Part shown: positions 29,342 through 39,405 of the stretch, one piece after another | Layout: the number at the start of each line of letters is the position of its first letter | Numbering within the stretch: the stretch's first letter is position 1 | NCBI GenBank assembly: GCA_035559535.1 | Contig: DATMBG010000026.1 | Coordinates: 62,001-126,000 of the forward strand | Direction of reading: 5' to 3' | From: Candidatus Limnocylindrales bacterium | Lineage (GTDB): Bacteria > Moduliflexota > Moduliflexia > Moduliflexales > JAUQPW01 | Length of the DNA stretch: 64,000 bases | Translations under genes and position numbers: made by a program | Notes under the pieces: generated by a model | What the model saw: only the letters and a program-made list of their open reading frames with translations | What the model was told of the DNA's origin: nothing | Database searches by the model: none

Positions 29342-29427
29342 GGCTTATGTAAATTTTGTTACGAAGGTTGGGTGTTACGAACCCTCTCATGGACCCGGGG
29401 TCATCTGGAATCCCAAATTTTTCTATT

Positions 29428-29988
29428 TCATCCCAGGATATCTTGGACGGCCAATCCCACATCGGGGAAGGCCTGAGGAAAAAGGTTTTGATCACACTGA
29501 AATCGTTTAATTTCCAGGTATCCTTGAGGTGATGGCTTCTGGTAGACTTCGATACAATCTGCGGTCAGGTCTACCAGCCAGACCTCCGGAATCCCAGACT
29601 TTGCGTACAAAGGTATCTTTACTTCTCGGTCGTAGGTTAAAGGAGTGTCGGCTACTTCCACAACAGGCAGGACATCCTGGGGTTGGGGATGGGCTTGAGC
29701 ATAGAAATCGCTACGTGGTCGAAGCAAGGCCAGATCTGGCTGCAGTTCTGAGTGTTCACTTAAATAAATGGGATTCTGAACACTTACTATAGCACGTTCT
29801 CCTACCCATTGAGAGAAGAGTCGGGTCAAACGATTTACACAAGCGGCATGTTGACTGCCGATCGGAGGCACTTCTACAATCTCTCCTTTGATGAGTTCCA
29901 CCCGATCATCCTCCGAGAGGATTCCGGCCTTTGCCATTTGATGGTATTCTTCTACCGTAAAAAGACGCTTTGAAACTTGCGTGGACAT
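29428..29988 (-). CDS. Uma2 family (PD-(D/E)XK-like) putative endonuclease
   Basis: FTVEEYHQM, RVELIKGEI, QPDLAL, VEVAD, DREVKIPLYAKSGIPEVWLVD. Confidence 0.88.
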   Translation of the reverse strand: MSTQVSKRLFTVEEYHQMAKAGILSEDDRVELIKGEIVEVPPIGSQHAACVNRLTRLFSQWVGERAIVSVQNPIYLSEHSELQPDLALLRPRSDFYAQAHPQPQDVLPVVEVADTPLTYDREVKIPLYAKSGIPEVWLVDLTADCIEVYQKPSPQGYLEIKRFQCDQNLFPQAFPDVGLAVQDILG

Positions 29989-30101
29989 GACCAGCCTCGT
30001 TATAAGGAGGTTACAAATCTTTAGGTTCTACCCCCAGAGCTTGCAGTTGGGCTACCAGACTTTCTGCGCGTTGTCGTTCCTGCTCACGTTGTGCTACAAC
30101 T

Positions 30102-30129
30102 GGAGGGGCGCACGGCCGTGCGCCCGTAC
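30102..30129 (+). repeat. REP-like palindrome family A
   Basis: GGAGGGGCGCACGGCCGTGCGCCCGTAC; exact reverse complement of 30271-30298. Confidence 0.9.
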
Positions 30130-30270
30130 TAGGTAGCGAAAGGTTCACCATCGGGTTGATATAATCGCAGCTCCCCCTCCTCCAATTCAAACTATACTCC
30201 CAGAAGGGGGCTGACCCATCCCACCATTTGTTCAATTTCCTCCAATTCCTCACCAAATCTGGCCAACTGC

Positions 30271-30298
30271 GTACGGGCGCACGGCCGTGCGCCCCTCC
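30271..30298 (-). repeat. REP-like palindrome family A
   Basis: GTACGGGCGCACGGCCGTGCGCCCCTCC. Confidence 0.9.
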
Positions 30299-30713
30299 AA
30301 ATCCGGATCGTACGCATAATACTCTTCTACGTAACGTTCATAAAAGCGGAACTTGCGTGTCATCTCGGCCAGGGTATTACTGGGTGACAGAATTTCAAAC
30401 ACAACCTGGGGCGGGATTCCCCCCTCCTGCCATTGTAAATACGAACCCCGGTCCCCCTTGGGTCGTCCAAAGACCACCATTATGTCCGGAACCGTACGAA
30501 TATCAGGTCGACCTTCCACAGGATACCACAACAAGTTGCCGGCTCCAAACACATCTTCCCGCTCGCGAAAGAGCGCCTCCAGTCCCTTCTCAATGGTTAC
30601 AATCCAACGGAATTGCTTGGTATTATCGGCTATGGGTCGTCCATCACTTTCTGGATAGATTATCGGTCTGGTTAGTAAAGATACGGCCATAGGAGTTTGA
30701 TCCCTCTTAAAGG

Positions 30714-31847
30714 TTAATCAGTAAAAGCTTCCAGGATGTATTCCTGGTCCTCGGTGCTTAAATACGGATGCATCGGCAGGCTAAAGATGGAATTAGCTAT
30801 CTTTTCGCTCACCGGAAAATCACCCTGTTTATAACTTAGACTACGAAAGGCTTCCTGTAAATGGAGAGGTTTAGGGTAATAAATGGCCGTTGGAATTCCT
30901 TTCAGTTTAAGTTTTTTCATCAGGTTGTCCCGATTATCGCTCAGTACAGAATATTGGGCCCACACGCTGGTTCGATCCGGTTCTATCCAGGGGGTTATGA
31001 CCCTTCCTTGCAGTCCTTCAGAGTATTTCCGGGCAACTTCATGGCGAAGAGCAATTTCCTCTTCGAAGATTTCCAACTTAGCCAGTAGAATTGCTGCTTG
31101 CAGAGTATCCAACCTTCCGTTGATTCCAATCCGAATATTATCATACTTATCGAGTCCCTTCCCGTGCACTCTGATGGATCGAAGTTTCTCGGCGAGGGTA
31201 TCATCATTACAGAACAGAGCCCCCCCATCTCCATAGCATCCCAAGGGTTTTGCAGGAAAAAATGAAGTAGCTCCGATATCTCCCAGGTTTCCGGCTTTCC
31301 GCCCTTTGTACTCTGCGCCAAAAGACTGGGCTGCGTCTTCCAGGACAAATAACCCATAGACTTCTGCAACCTTTCGGATAGCTTCATAATCGGCGGGTTG
31401 ACCAAAGAGATCCACCGGGATAATTCCCCTGGGTCGAAGCGACCCATTTCTTTGAATAAAGGTATGGAGGGTTTCTTGTAATTTTTGGGCATCCAGATTA
31501 AATGTTTTAGGGTCTATATCCACAAAAACGGGCGTAGCGCCCAGGAGTGAAATAACTTCTGCCGTAGCGATAAAGGTAAAAGGTGTCGTAAAAATGGCAT
31601 CTCCGGGTCCTACGTTATAGGCCATGAGTGCCATCAGGAGGGCATCGGTACCACTTGCACAGGTGATACAGTATTTACTACCCACCAGGTGGGCGAGTCG
31701 CTCTTCCAATTCTTGTACCTCGGGTCCCAGGATATAAATACCATGGTCAAGAACCCTCTTTATGCGTTTTTCCAGGATATCACGGATACGATTTTGTTGA
31801 GCTTTCAGATCGATAAATTCGATTTTATGTTTTCCGGTGGCAATCAT
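30714..31847 (-). CDS. DegT/DnrJ/EryC1/StrS sugar aminotransferase (WbpE-like)
   Basis: FIDLKAQ, ASGTDAL, PFTFIAT, EDAAQSFGA, SFFPAKPLGCYGDGG, NGRLDTLQA; ATG 31847 with GAGGAG. Confidence 0.92.
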   Translation of the reverse strand: MIATGKHKIEFIDLKAQQNRIRDILEKRIKRVLDHGIYILGPEVQELEERLAHLVGSKYCITCASGTDALLMALMAYNVGPGDAIFTTPFTFIATAEVISLLGATPVFVDIDPKTFNLDAQKLQETLHTFIQRNGSLRPRGIIPVDLFGQPADYEAIRKVAEVYGLFVLEDAAQSFGAEYKGRKAGNLGDIGATSFFPAKPLGCYGDGGALFCNDDTLAEKLRSIRVHGKGLDKYDNIRIGINGRLDTLQAAILLAKLEIFEEEIALRHEVARKYSEGLQGRVITPWIEPDRTSVWAQYSVLSDNRDNLMKKLKLKGIPTAIYYPKPLHLQEAFRSLSYKQGDFPVSEKIANSIFSLPMHPYLSTEDQEYILEAFTD

Positions 31848-31917
31848 TTTTCTCCTCAAGCAAGTCCCTGGTTTTGGTTTAAGAATACCCCACTTTTTAC
31901 CGGGAGATCACTTCCTT

Positions 31918-31945
31918 GTACGGGCGCACGGCCGTGCGCCCCTCT
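31918..31945 (-). repeat. REP-like palindrome family A abutting a stop codon
   Basis: GTACGGGCGCACGGCCGTGCGCCCCTCT; overlaps the TAG of 31944-33545. Confidence 0.88.
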
Positions 31946-33545
31946 AATGGATACAGCTAACCGAATCATTTATCTTTTTGTAAACCCGTTTACATCGGGA
32001 GCATTGAGCCTTGTCATTGACAAACTTCAACTTAGTTCCGCATCGGCACATCCATCCGACGATACGTCCGGGGTTACCAACCACCAGTGCATAGTCTGGA
32101 ACATCCTTTGTAACTATAGCTCCGGCTCCGATAAAGGCAAAACGACCGATGGTAGTTCCACAAAGGATGGTTGCATTGGCGCCTATGGAGGCTCCGTATT
32201 TCACGAGGGTAGGTTGATAGTATTCACGCCCTCGCTGGGGAAATTCACATCGGGGATTCAGAACATTTGTGAAGACCATGGAAGGTCCGCAGAAGACATA
32301 ATCTTCCAGCTCGACCCCTTCATAGACCGATACATTATTTTGAATTTTCACAAAATTACCGATACGAACATTATTACCGATATTGACATTCTGTCCCAGG
32401 GTACAATTTTTACCGATTACGGCCCCTTTTTGGACATGGCTAAAGTGCCAGATTTTCGTTCCCTCTCCGATCTGACAACCTTCGTCTATTACTGCGGTTT
32501 CATGAACAAAGAACTTCTGATTGGGGGGTGTTTGGAGATTTACCCGGATATTTTCATTCCGGGTTTCCCTATTTTCTAATCGGGCCTGTGCCTGTTCCAA
32601 AATTTCCAGGACTTTGATACCGTTCTTTCCATCGGTAAGCGGTTGAGTTCCTGTGGTCACACACTGCATAAAGTGTTCGAGTTCGAGTTGGAGGGGTTCT
32701 TCATCTGAATATTCGATAACCTGGTAATCAGCATCTCGCTTTTGGGGTTCTCCCTGCACCCAATCGATCCCTTTGGGATAGAGTATCAACCGATCTTGTT
32801 TTTTCGAATCCTCGAACACGATCATATTTTTATCTCCGATGACGACCAGGCGATGTTCCTTGAAGGGGTGAAGCCAGGATACATGGATATGTGCATGGAT
32901 ATTTCTGGGGTAACGGAGGATGGTCAGCGTAACATCATGGATGCCGGGTTGTAAAAATATTCCTCCCTTAGCATCGATTTCCACGGGATCTTCTTCGATG
33001 AGGTATTGCAGGACTGAGATATCATGGGGTGCGAAGGACCAGAGGATATTTTCCTCTTTTCGCACGGTACCCAGATTCAGGCGATTACTGTAGATATATT
33101 GAAGTTTTCCCAGGGTACCGTCCTGGATCAACTGTTTAATTTTTCGGATGGCCGGATGATAGAGGAGCAGGTGGCCGACCATTAAAATCTTTTTTCTCTG
33201 TATAGCCAGATGATCCAGGTCCCTGGCCTGATAGGAGAAGAGGGCAAGGGGTTTTTCGACCAACACATTTTTATCGGCCTCCAGGCATCGTCTGGCGAGG
33301 GCATAGTGGGTTTCTGCCGGGGTCGCCACAACCACCCCCTGGACTTCTGGGTCGTTGAGGATTTCTTCGAGGTCGGTGACACCTTTTATTTTCTGGGAGA
33401 TCTCCCTTATTTTCTCCAGGTTTTTTTTATCCACATCACAGACATACTTGAGTTTCTCGCCAAAAATTCGATGAGCCGTTCTGACATGATTCATTCCCCA
33501 ACGACCGCATCCGACTATGGCTAACTTCATGGTGTTAGTATTCAT
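31944..33545 (-). CDS. Fusion of Gfo/Idh/MocA sugar 3-dehydrogenase (WbpB-like) and hexapeptide N-acetyltransferase (WbpD-like)
   Basis: GCGRWG, LVEKPL, SFAPHD; C-terminal [50 protein letters not shown]. Confidence 0.88.
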   Translation of the reverse strand: MNTNTMKLAIVGCGRWGMNHVRTAHRIFGEKLKYVCDVDKKNLEKIREISQKIKGVTDLEEILNDPEVQGVVVATPAETHYALARRCLEADKNVLVEKPLALFSYQARDLDHLAIQRKKILMVGHLLLYHPAIRKIKQLIQDGTLGKLQYIYSNRLNLGTVRKEENILWSFAPHDISVLQYLIEEDPVEIDAKGGIFLQPGIHDVTLTILRYPRNIHAHIHVSWLHPFKEHRLVVIGDKNMIVFEDSKKQDRLILYPKGIDWVQGEPQKRDADYQVIEYSDEEPLQLELEHFMQCVTTGTQPLTDGKNGIKVLEILEQAQARLENRETRNENIRVNLQTPPNQKFFVHETAVIDEGCQIGEGTKIWHFSHVQKGAVIGKNCTLGQNVNIGNNVRIGNFVKIQNNVSVYEGVELEDYVFCGPSMVFTNVLNPRCEFPQRGREYYQPTLVKYGASIGANATILCGTTIGRFAFIGAGAIVTKDVPDYALVVGNPGRIVGWMCRCGTKLKFVNDKAQCSRCKRVYKKINDSVSCIH

Positions 33546-33550
33546 CCACT

Positions 33551-33619
33551 GGTAAAGCAGGCGAGACGTCTGCGCCCCTACACCCGACCGGGTAAAGCAG
33601 GCGAGACGTCTGCGCCCCT
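33551..33619 (-). repeat. Tandem 29-bp REP-like duplication (40-bp period)
   Basis: GGTAAAGCAGGCGAGACGTCTGCGCCCCT at 33551 and 33591; reverse strand of the first reads GTAGGGGCGCAGACGTCTCGCC. Confidence 0.8.
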
Positions 33620-33658
33620 GGAGAGAAGGAACCTCACGTAGAAAGGAAAATTCCTCTT

Positions 33659-34921
33659 CTAGACGGGATTTGATTGTCGTTCTGACTTTACCGCCGGAGT
33701 TACATATTCCAGGAGAAAAACCAGGATAACCAGACTTGCAAAAAACCCTATTGCACCTGCCAGGAGCAAATTTACTTTGCTATTTGAATTAACAGGACCT
33801 TTAGATACCACAACCGGATTTGCCATTTCCAGCTGTGACTTCCTGGTATTGACAAGGGTCTGGATTTGATCCCACTTTTCTTTGAGGGATTTAGAGTTTT
33901 CCTCCAAAGAATTGTAATGCCTGGTTATGTTCCATAGTTCAAGTTCTTCTTTGATCAATTCCTTTTGTAACTCCGCTATCTGCTTATCATTATCTTCTAA
34001 ATCCTTAACCAGGGCAAGCTTTCTAACCTTCAAACTCTCCAAATCTGCAAGGGTTTCAACCAGCTTCGGTTCCATGATAGCATGTAAAGGATTTATTTGT
34101 TCATCTTTTATTTGGAGGCTTAATAGGGTTGAGGCAGGTAAACCCGAAGTCTCTTTAACCGAATCTTGCAGTATTGGATCATTGGATAAGGATCTGGAAA
34201 GCCACAGAGTTTTCTTTTCTTCCCCTAATTTCTTGGTGAGGGTAGCTATTATAGCACTCTTTTCTTCTATGGTTCGGTTGGTTTCAAGAAGTCCCAGTTC
34301 GGTATTCTTCCGCTTTTGCATGAGGATCTCTTTTTTTAGCCTGGTAACCTCGACCATAGATTGGGCAGTTAATAATTCTTGCTCCACCTGAGCCAACTGA
34401 CGATTTATTTCTTCCATTTCATCCTTGATGGAATCCCTGTTCTTCATCGCTGTGGCAATTTCTTTTTCATTAGCTTCTTGATTCAGCTCTACAGCCGAAA
34501 TCGCTACGGCATGGGCTATATTACCGACTTTTTCAGGATCTGTGTGGTCCACTATAATATCTATGCGATTCATTTTTGGAATAGGTTCAACGGATATTAT
34601 CCGGGTCAAATTTTCCAGGCCTATTTGGTAGGGGGGCTTATCTAATTGAAGCCTTTCCAGGACCCTGGCCATTACCGCTTGACTCTTGATGGCCTCAGCA
34701 TAGCTTTTATCTGGATTGGAGATGAACAATGAGATTGTAGCCCGATACACCTTAGGGGTCACCAGATTTAGAATGACCGCGATTATCACGAAAAGAATAG
34801 TTCCTCCCAGGATAAAGCTTTTCCACTTCCATAGTACTTTTAAATACTCCATCAAATCCCTTTCGTCTTTATCTTCTGACCTCGCTCTTCCTACTATAGA
34901 TTTTTCACTTACCTCGGCCAT
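33659..34921 (-). CDS. wzz: Wzz/polysaccharide co-polymerase-like protein with long coiled coil
   Basis: [13 protein letters not shown] + TM, PKVYRAT, coiled coil, C-terminal TM. Confidence 0.8.
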   Translation of the reverse strand: MAEVSEKSIVGRARSEDKDERDLMEYLKVLWKWKSFILGGTILFVIIAVILNLVTPKVYRATISLFISNPDKSYAEAIKSQAVMARVLERLQLDKPPYQIGLENLTRIISVEPIPKMNRIDIIVDHTDPEKVGNIAHAVAISAVELNQEANEKEIATAMKNRDSIKDEMEEINRQLAQVEQELLTAQSMVEVTRLKKEILMQKRKNTELGLLETNRTIEEKSAIIATLTKKLGEEKKTLWLSRSLSNDPILQDSVKETSGLPASTLLSLQIKDEQINPLHAIMEPKLVETLADLESLKVRKLALVKDLEDNDKQIAELQKELIKEELELWNITRHYNSLEENSKSLKEKWDQIQTLVNTRKSQLEMANPVVVSKGPVNSNSKVNLLLAGAIGFFASLVILVFLLEYVTPAVKSERQSNPV

Positions 34922-35057
34922 AATCCTGTTTTCTTAGAATTTTTGGTTGAATATTATAGAGTCAAAACTTATCCCATTTTGGGATTTTTCGATCGAAAAC
35001 AGAACCAGAATAGTATAGCTAACAAGAATATAGAGCTTTGTCAAGAGTTTTATTCTA

Positions 35058-36302
35058 CTAGTGGCCTTTCTGATGAGATTTAATTGATTCTTTAGTTTTA
35101 GAACGTGAGATATGCTCCAGAGGAAAAGTAAGGATAATCAGAATCAGAAATCCTATTCCTACAATCCATACATTTCTTAGAATAGAATCCGATTTGAGAG
35201 GGTTTTTAGGTAGACTGGCTGAATTTACCACCTTTAAAATCTGATCCCTCTTAACAGCAACAACCTTGAGGGCGTCTTCCAGGTATTGCTGGGCACGTCG
35301 GCGAATTTCTTCAGCTTGCTGGAGAGCTTTCATTGCGTCTTTTAGCTTTACTTCATTTTGGATCAATTCTTTCTGTAAATTGGTTAATTGTTTCTCATTA
35401 ATTTCTATATCTCTGACCAGGGATAATTTTCTGGTCTTTAACCCTTCCAAATTAGAGATAGCCTCCACCAATTTAGGTTCCAAGTCCTTATATAAAGGAT
35501 TTATCTGCTCGTCTTTTATCTGAATTTCTGGAAAATCAGACGGTGAAAAAGTCAGAAATTCCTTTGTATTATCTTGTATTACGAAGTCTCTAGATAAAGA
35601 ACGGGAAAGTACAAGAATTTTCTTTTCCTGATTAAGTTTTTGGCTGAATACTTCTAAGTTGGTGTTTTGCTCTTCCAGCTTCCGATCTATCTCCAGGAAT
35701 TCTAACCTGATCCTTTTCTGTTCTTCCAGGAGCACTTCCTTTTTAAGTTTACTGACTTCAAGAATCTCCTGAGCGGTTAATAACTCCTCATTTGCTTTAG
35801 CTACCCTGGTCTCCCAATAATTCAGATCGGATTGGTGTCTTTCCAGATAAGTACCTATTTCGGCCTCGGTGAGTTCCTTATTTAATTCAACTACCGAAGC
35901 TGCTATAGCGTTTGCTATATCTCGGGCTTTTTCAGGATCCGTGTATTTAACCCTGATAGTGATAAGAGGAGTTCCCGGTAGGGGCTCAACAGATATCATT
36001 CCAATCAAAGTTTCCGGATTCAATAGGTGAGGAGGTTTATCCAATCCGAGTCTTTCTATAACCCTGGTAGCCACTGCTTGATCCTTAATCAGGCTCACCT
36101 TCGGGTCTTTGATTATCTCCTCAGAGTTTTTATTCAGATCTGTAGATAGTGAGACGGTAGCCTGATAAATTTTAGGTACTCTCAAATTCATGGTAAAGCT
36201 TACAACCATTGTGATAATTAAACAAAGAAAGGTTCCAGTTATAATTAAGCTTTTCCATTTCCAGGGTATTTTTAGAAGATCTCTGAAGTTAATCCTCAGC
36301 AT
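35058..36302 (-). CDS. wzz: Wzz-like protein (divergent paralogue)
   Basis: LLKIPWKWK + [32 protein letters not shown]-terminal TM. Confidence 0.75.
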   Translation of the reverse strand: MLRINFRDLLKIPWKWKSLIITGTFLCLIITMVVSFTMNLRVPKIYQATVSLSTDLNKNSEEIIKDPKVSLIKDQAVATRVIERLGLDKPPHLLNPETLIGMISVEPLPGTPLITIRVKYTDPEKARDIANAIAASVVELNKELTEAEIGTYLERHQSDLNYWETRVAKANEELLTAQEILEVSKLKKEVLLEEQKRIRLEFLEIDRKLEEQNTNLEVFSQKLNQEKKILVLSRSLSRDFVIQDNTKEFLTFSPSDFPEIQIKDEQINPLYKDLEPKLVEAISNLEGLKTRKLSLVRDIEINEKQLTNLQKELIQNEVKLKDAMKALQQAEEIRRRAQQYLEDALKVVAVKRDQILKVVNSASLPKNPLKSDSILRNVWIVGIGFLILIILTFPLEHISRSKTKESIKSHQKGH

Positions 36303-36318
36303 GATAAATTGATAAGCT

Positions 36319-36792
36319 TTACAAACTACGGATAATCCGTGCAGGGATACCTGCCACTATTACATTTGGGGGGACATCTTTGGTCACAACGCTACCTGCT
36401 CCCACTATGGCATTCTCACCTATAGTAATTCCGCACAAAATCGTTGAGCTTGTTCCAATGGAAGCACCTCTTTTTACCAGTGTAGGAATTACTTTCCAGT
36501 CTTTTTCGGTCTGAAGTTGGCCTTCAGGATTGGTAGAGCGTGGATATTTATCATTAATAAAAGAAACGTTATGCCCTATAAAGACATCATCCTCGATGAT
36601 GACACCTTCACAGATGAAGGTATGGCTGGAGACTTTGACATTCCGACCGATCTTTGCATTCTTTTGAATTTCCACAAAAGCTCCTATTTTTGAGTTGTCT
36701 CCGATTTCGCACCCGTAGAGGTTTACAAAAGCAAAGATTTTGACATTCTTTCCCAACTTTACATCTGGGGCTATGCGTTGATAGAGTTCCAT
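36319..36792 (-). CDS. Hexapeptide-repeat sugar N-acyltransferase
   Basis: VNLYGCEIG, GAFVEIQK, SSHTFICEGV, FINDKYPR, GASIG. Confidence 0.9.
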   Translation of the reverse strand: MELYQRIAPDVKLGKNVKIFAFVNLYGCEIGDNSKIGAFVEIQKNAKIGRNVKVSSHTFICEGVIIEDDVFIGHNVSFINDKYPRSTNPEGQLQTEKDWKVIPTLVKRGASIGTSSTILCGITIGENAIVGAGSVVTKDVPPNVIVAGIPARIIRSL

Positions 36793-37799
36793 TAATTCTG
36801 TTTAAGCTCCACCATTCTCCCTTCTGAGCGCAGAGAGCGTTCGGCTGCTTCCAGAATGTTAACAACATTCAACCCTGCCCGCCCATCGGTAGTGGGGCGC
36901 TTTCCGGTTAAAACACATTCTACAAATTCTTGGGTTATAAAGCTTAGGGCTTCGGTTTGTTCAATTTTGGGGGCATACATGTCCCCGACTCGATATTGGA
37001 TCAGGGTATTGTACACGGCCTCTTCTCCTTTGATTTCCACACCCTTATCGTATACTTTCACCTTCTCACTGGGTTCTACATCATCATAGACGACCATGTG
37101 TTTGGTTCCGGCTAACAGAATTCTTCTTATCTTTACGGGGGATAGCCAGCTCACATGAAAGTGCGCTATAAGTTTATCGTTAAAGTGAACCGTCAAATAG
37201 GCCATGTCTTCCAGATCATTGAAATGATTCACGCCGACAGCCGAAACCGACACAGGCCGTTTATCAATGAGATAATCCATGATGGATATATCGTGGGGAG
37301 CCAGATCCCAGATCACATTGGTATCATGCTGGAATAATCCCAGATTCACCCGTACGGAGTCGAAATAGAGTATTTCCCCGACGTCTCCTCGATCTATGAT
37401 TTCTTTTATTTTCCTTATGGCACTGGTATAAACAAAGGTATGATCTACCATGAGGGTTAATCCTTTACTTTCAGCACGATCCAAAAGCTCGTAAGCCTCC
37501 GTACTTTTGGTTGTCATGGGCTTTTCCATGAAAAGATGTTTTCCAGCTTTAAGAACTTTCATACCTAGAGGATAATGGGTTGAGACCGGTGTCGCAATGG
37601 CAATAGCATCTATATCCTTTCGTTTCAAAAGGTCTTCAAAGACCGGTGTAACTTCAACGTTAGGAAATTTTTGTTTGATCCTTTGGAGATGTCTGGTTTG
37701 AATATCACAGCATACTACTCCCTGGATGTTCTCCACGGCCAAAAAATTTCGAACAAGATTTGGTCCCCAATAACCAAGCCCAACGACGCCTATTTTCAT
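36792..37799 (-). CDS. Gfo/Idh/MocA oxidoreductase (nucleotide-sugar dehydrogenase)
   Basis: GLGYWGPNLVRN, MEKPM, DHTFVY, RVNLGLFQ, WDLAPHD. Confidence 0.9.
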   Translation of the reverse strand: MKIGVVGLGYWGPNLVRNFLAVENIQGVVCCDIQTRHLQRIKQKFPNVEVTPVFEDLLKRKDIDAIAIATPVSTHYPLGMKVLKAGKHLFMEKPMTTKSTEAYELLDRAESKGLTLMVDHTFVYTSAIRKIKEIIDRGDVGEILYFDSVRVNLGLFQHDTNVIWDLAPHDISIMDYLIDKRPVSVSAVGVNHFNDLEDMAYLTVHFNDKLIAHFHVSWLSPVKIRRILLAGTKHMVVYDDVEPSEKVKVYDKGVEIKGEEAVYNTLIQYRVGDMYAPKIEQTEALSFITQEFVECVLTGKRPTTDGRAGLNVVNILEAAERSLRSEGRMVELKQN

Positions 37800-37820
37800 C
37801 TTTATCTCCTCGAAAATGGT

Positions 37821-39299
37821 TTATTTTCCCCCTCTCCCAAAGATCATGACCGGGATTGTCTTAAGGATAAGTTGTAAATCTAAAAGCCACCAAGCATTAT
37901 GGATATAAAAAAGGTCAAGAATCACCATGTCCTCGAATCCTACACGACTTCGCCCGCTCACCTGCCAGACTCCTGTACAGCCGGGGGTGACGCTAAGACG
38001 TTTTTTATGCCAGTCCTCATAACGCTCCCATTCATAGGGAAGACAGGGACGAGGGCCCACTAGGCTCATGTCACCCTTAAGAACGTTAATAAGCTGGGGC
38101 AGTTCATCGAGACTTGTTTTGCGAATGAATCTTCCAACACGGGTAATCCTGGACTCATCGATAATTTTTGTCAATTTCTGATGAGGATTATAGTTTTTCT
38201 TTTCACGGATGAAGATCTCATATCTTTGCTTTCGAGTCTCATCCTTATCACTCCCCAAGTACATAGAGCGGAACTTATAAAACTGGAATGGCTTCCCATT
38301 TTTTCCAATCCGGGTCTGCTTAAATAAGATAGGGCCCCGTGAATCAATCTTAATGGCGATAGCAATTATAACTAAAACAGGCGCCAAAAGTAGTAAAGCC
38401 AAACTTGTAAAAAATAAATCGAATACCCGCTTGGAAATCCGCTGTAAGGTATTCGGCGTAGAGTTACTGACGGCAACCACGGGCACATTTCCGTAGCGTT
38501 CTATAGGGATAAGAGTTGGAATAATCTCGTAGAGAGGAGAGGCAATCTTGATCAAGGCACGGGTTTTTAAACATACTCCGATAACCTCCAGGAGACGGAT
38601 GTGGGAGACATTGTCTAAACACACCAGGATCTCATTGATACGGTGTTCGTCAACGATATAGGGGGTATCGGAAACTTTCCCAAGTACTTTAAGACCTTTG
38701 AAGATGGTCGAACCAACAGGTTTCTTATCATCAAGAAAGCCGATTACCTGTAAGCCATAAGGGTTATTGGAACGAAGATTGGCTGCAACCGATTTTCCCG
38801 TCCTCCCAGCTCCGATGATCAAAAGTGATCGATGATAAAGGTGGTTCTTCGTAAGAAACAAAAATAGATTTCGAAAAAGAAAAACTCTAAAAAAAAGCAA
38901 TAATCCAAAACTTATGAGGGCAAAATAGAGAATTATGAGTCGACTATCCACAATAAGGCGATCTACAATGTGGAAGATTCCCTCCATTCGAGACTCTGTG
39001 AAGAAGGACAGTAGAGCAAAACCCACTGCAGCCTGGAAGAGCGCCCGGCTAATCCCGATTACCTGATCTGAAACAGTAAGAAATACATTTATTCTATAAA
39101 GACAGTGATGTTGGAAAATTAAAATAATCCCTAAAGCATACACCAAGAAGAATAAAACCTCAGGGGTTATGAAAGGAAAATAGAGCGGAAATATATCCAT
39201 TTTTGGACTGTGAAACTTTAGCGCTACAGTAAACGCTATGTTGATCAATATCCAGTCCAGCAGTGCAAGAATATATTTATAAGGTGGATATCGTTTCAT
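37821..39299 (-). CDS. Second priming phosphoglycosyl transferase (WcaJ/WbaP type)
   Basis: N-terminal TMs, [33 protein letters not shown]. Confidence 0.95.
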   Translation of the reverse strand: MKRYPPYKYILALLDWILINIAFTVALKFHSPKMDIFPLYFPFITPEVLFFLVYALGIILIFQHHCLYRINVFLTVSDQVIGISRALFQAAVGFALLSFFTESRMEGIFHIVDRLIVDSRLIILYFALISFGLLLFFRVFLFRNLFLFLTKNHLYHRSLLIIGAGRTGKSVAANLRSNNPYGLQVIGFLDDKKPVGSTIFKGLKVLGKVSDTPYIVDEHRINEILVCLDNVSHIRLLEVIGVCLKTRALIKIASPLYEIIPTLIPIERYGNVPVVAVSNSTPNTLQRISKRVFDLFFTSLALLLLAPVLVIIAIAIKIDSRGPILFKQTRIGKNGKPFQFYKFRSMYLGSDKDETRKQRYEIFIREKKNYNPHQKLTKIIDESRITRVGRFIRKTSLDELPQLINVLKGDMSLVGPRPCLPYEWERYEDWHKKRLSVTPGCTGVWQVSGRSRVGFEDMVILDLFYIHNAWWLLDLQLILKTIPVMIFGRGGK

Positions 39300-39405
39300 A
39301 AACCTAAGAATTCCTTCCTAGAGCAGGGATCTCCGTTAAACTGAAGCTTTGATTAGCCCGAGAATATAGGAAACCAAATGGGAGCATAGAAAATAAAAGA
39401 AATTT

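Larger units (their letters stand above)
30011..30690 (-). pseudogene. Disrupted Uma2 family gene (two REP insertions, frameshifts, internal TAG)
   Basis: YPESDGRP..DNTKQ, PQVVFEILSP, EEYYAYDPD, then REP 30271-30298; continues in another frame as EEIEQMVGWVSPLLGV*(30192-30194)FELEEGELRLYQPDGEPFAT, REP 30102-30129, then AQREQERQRAE...LGVEP. Confidence 0.85.

Noticed and set aside
30102-31945. Identical 28-bp palindromes as CRISPR repeats
   Set aside because: Irregular spacing, mixed orientation, and the intervening DNA is gene sequence
31689-32579. 296-aa plus-strand ORF and other short antisense or overlapping ORFs
   Set aside because: Shadow frames opposite well-supported genes, with no recognisable motifs
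33551-33619. Two 29-bp direct repeats as a mini-CRISPR
   Set aside because: Only two units with an 11-bp spacer, no cas genes, and the unit is a GTAG-REP relative
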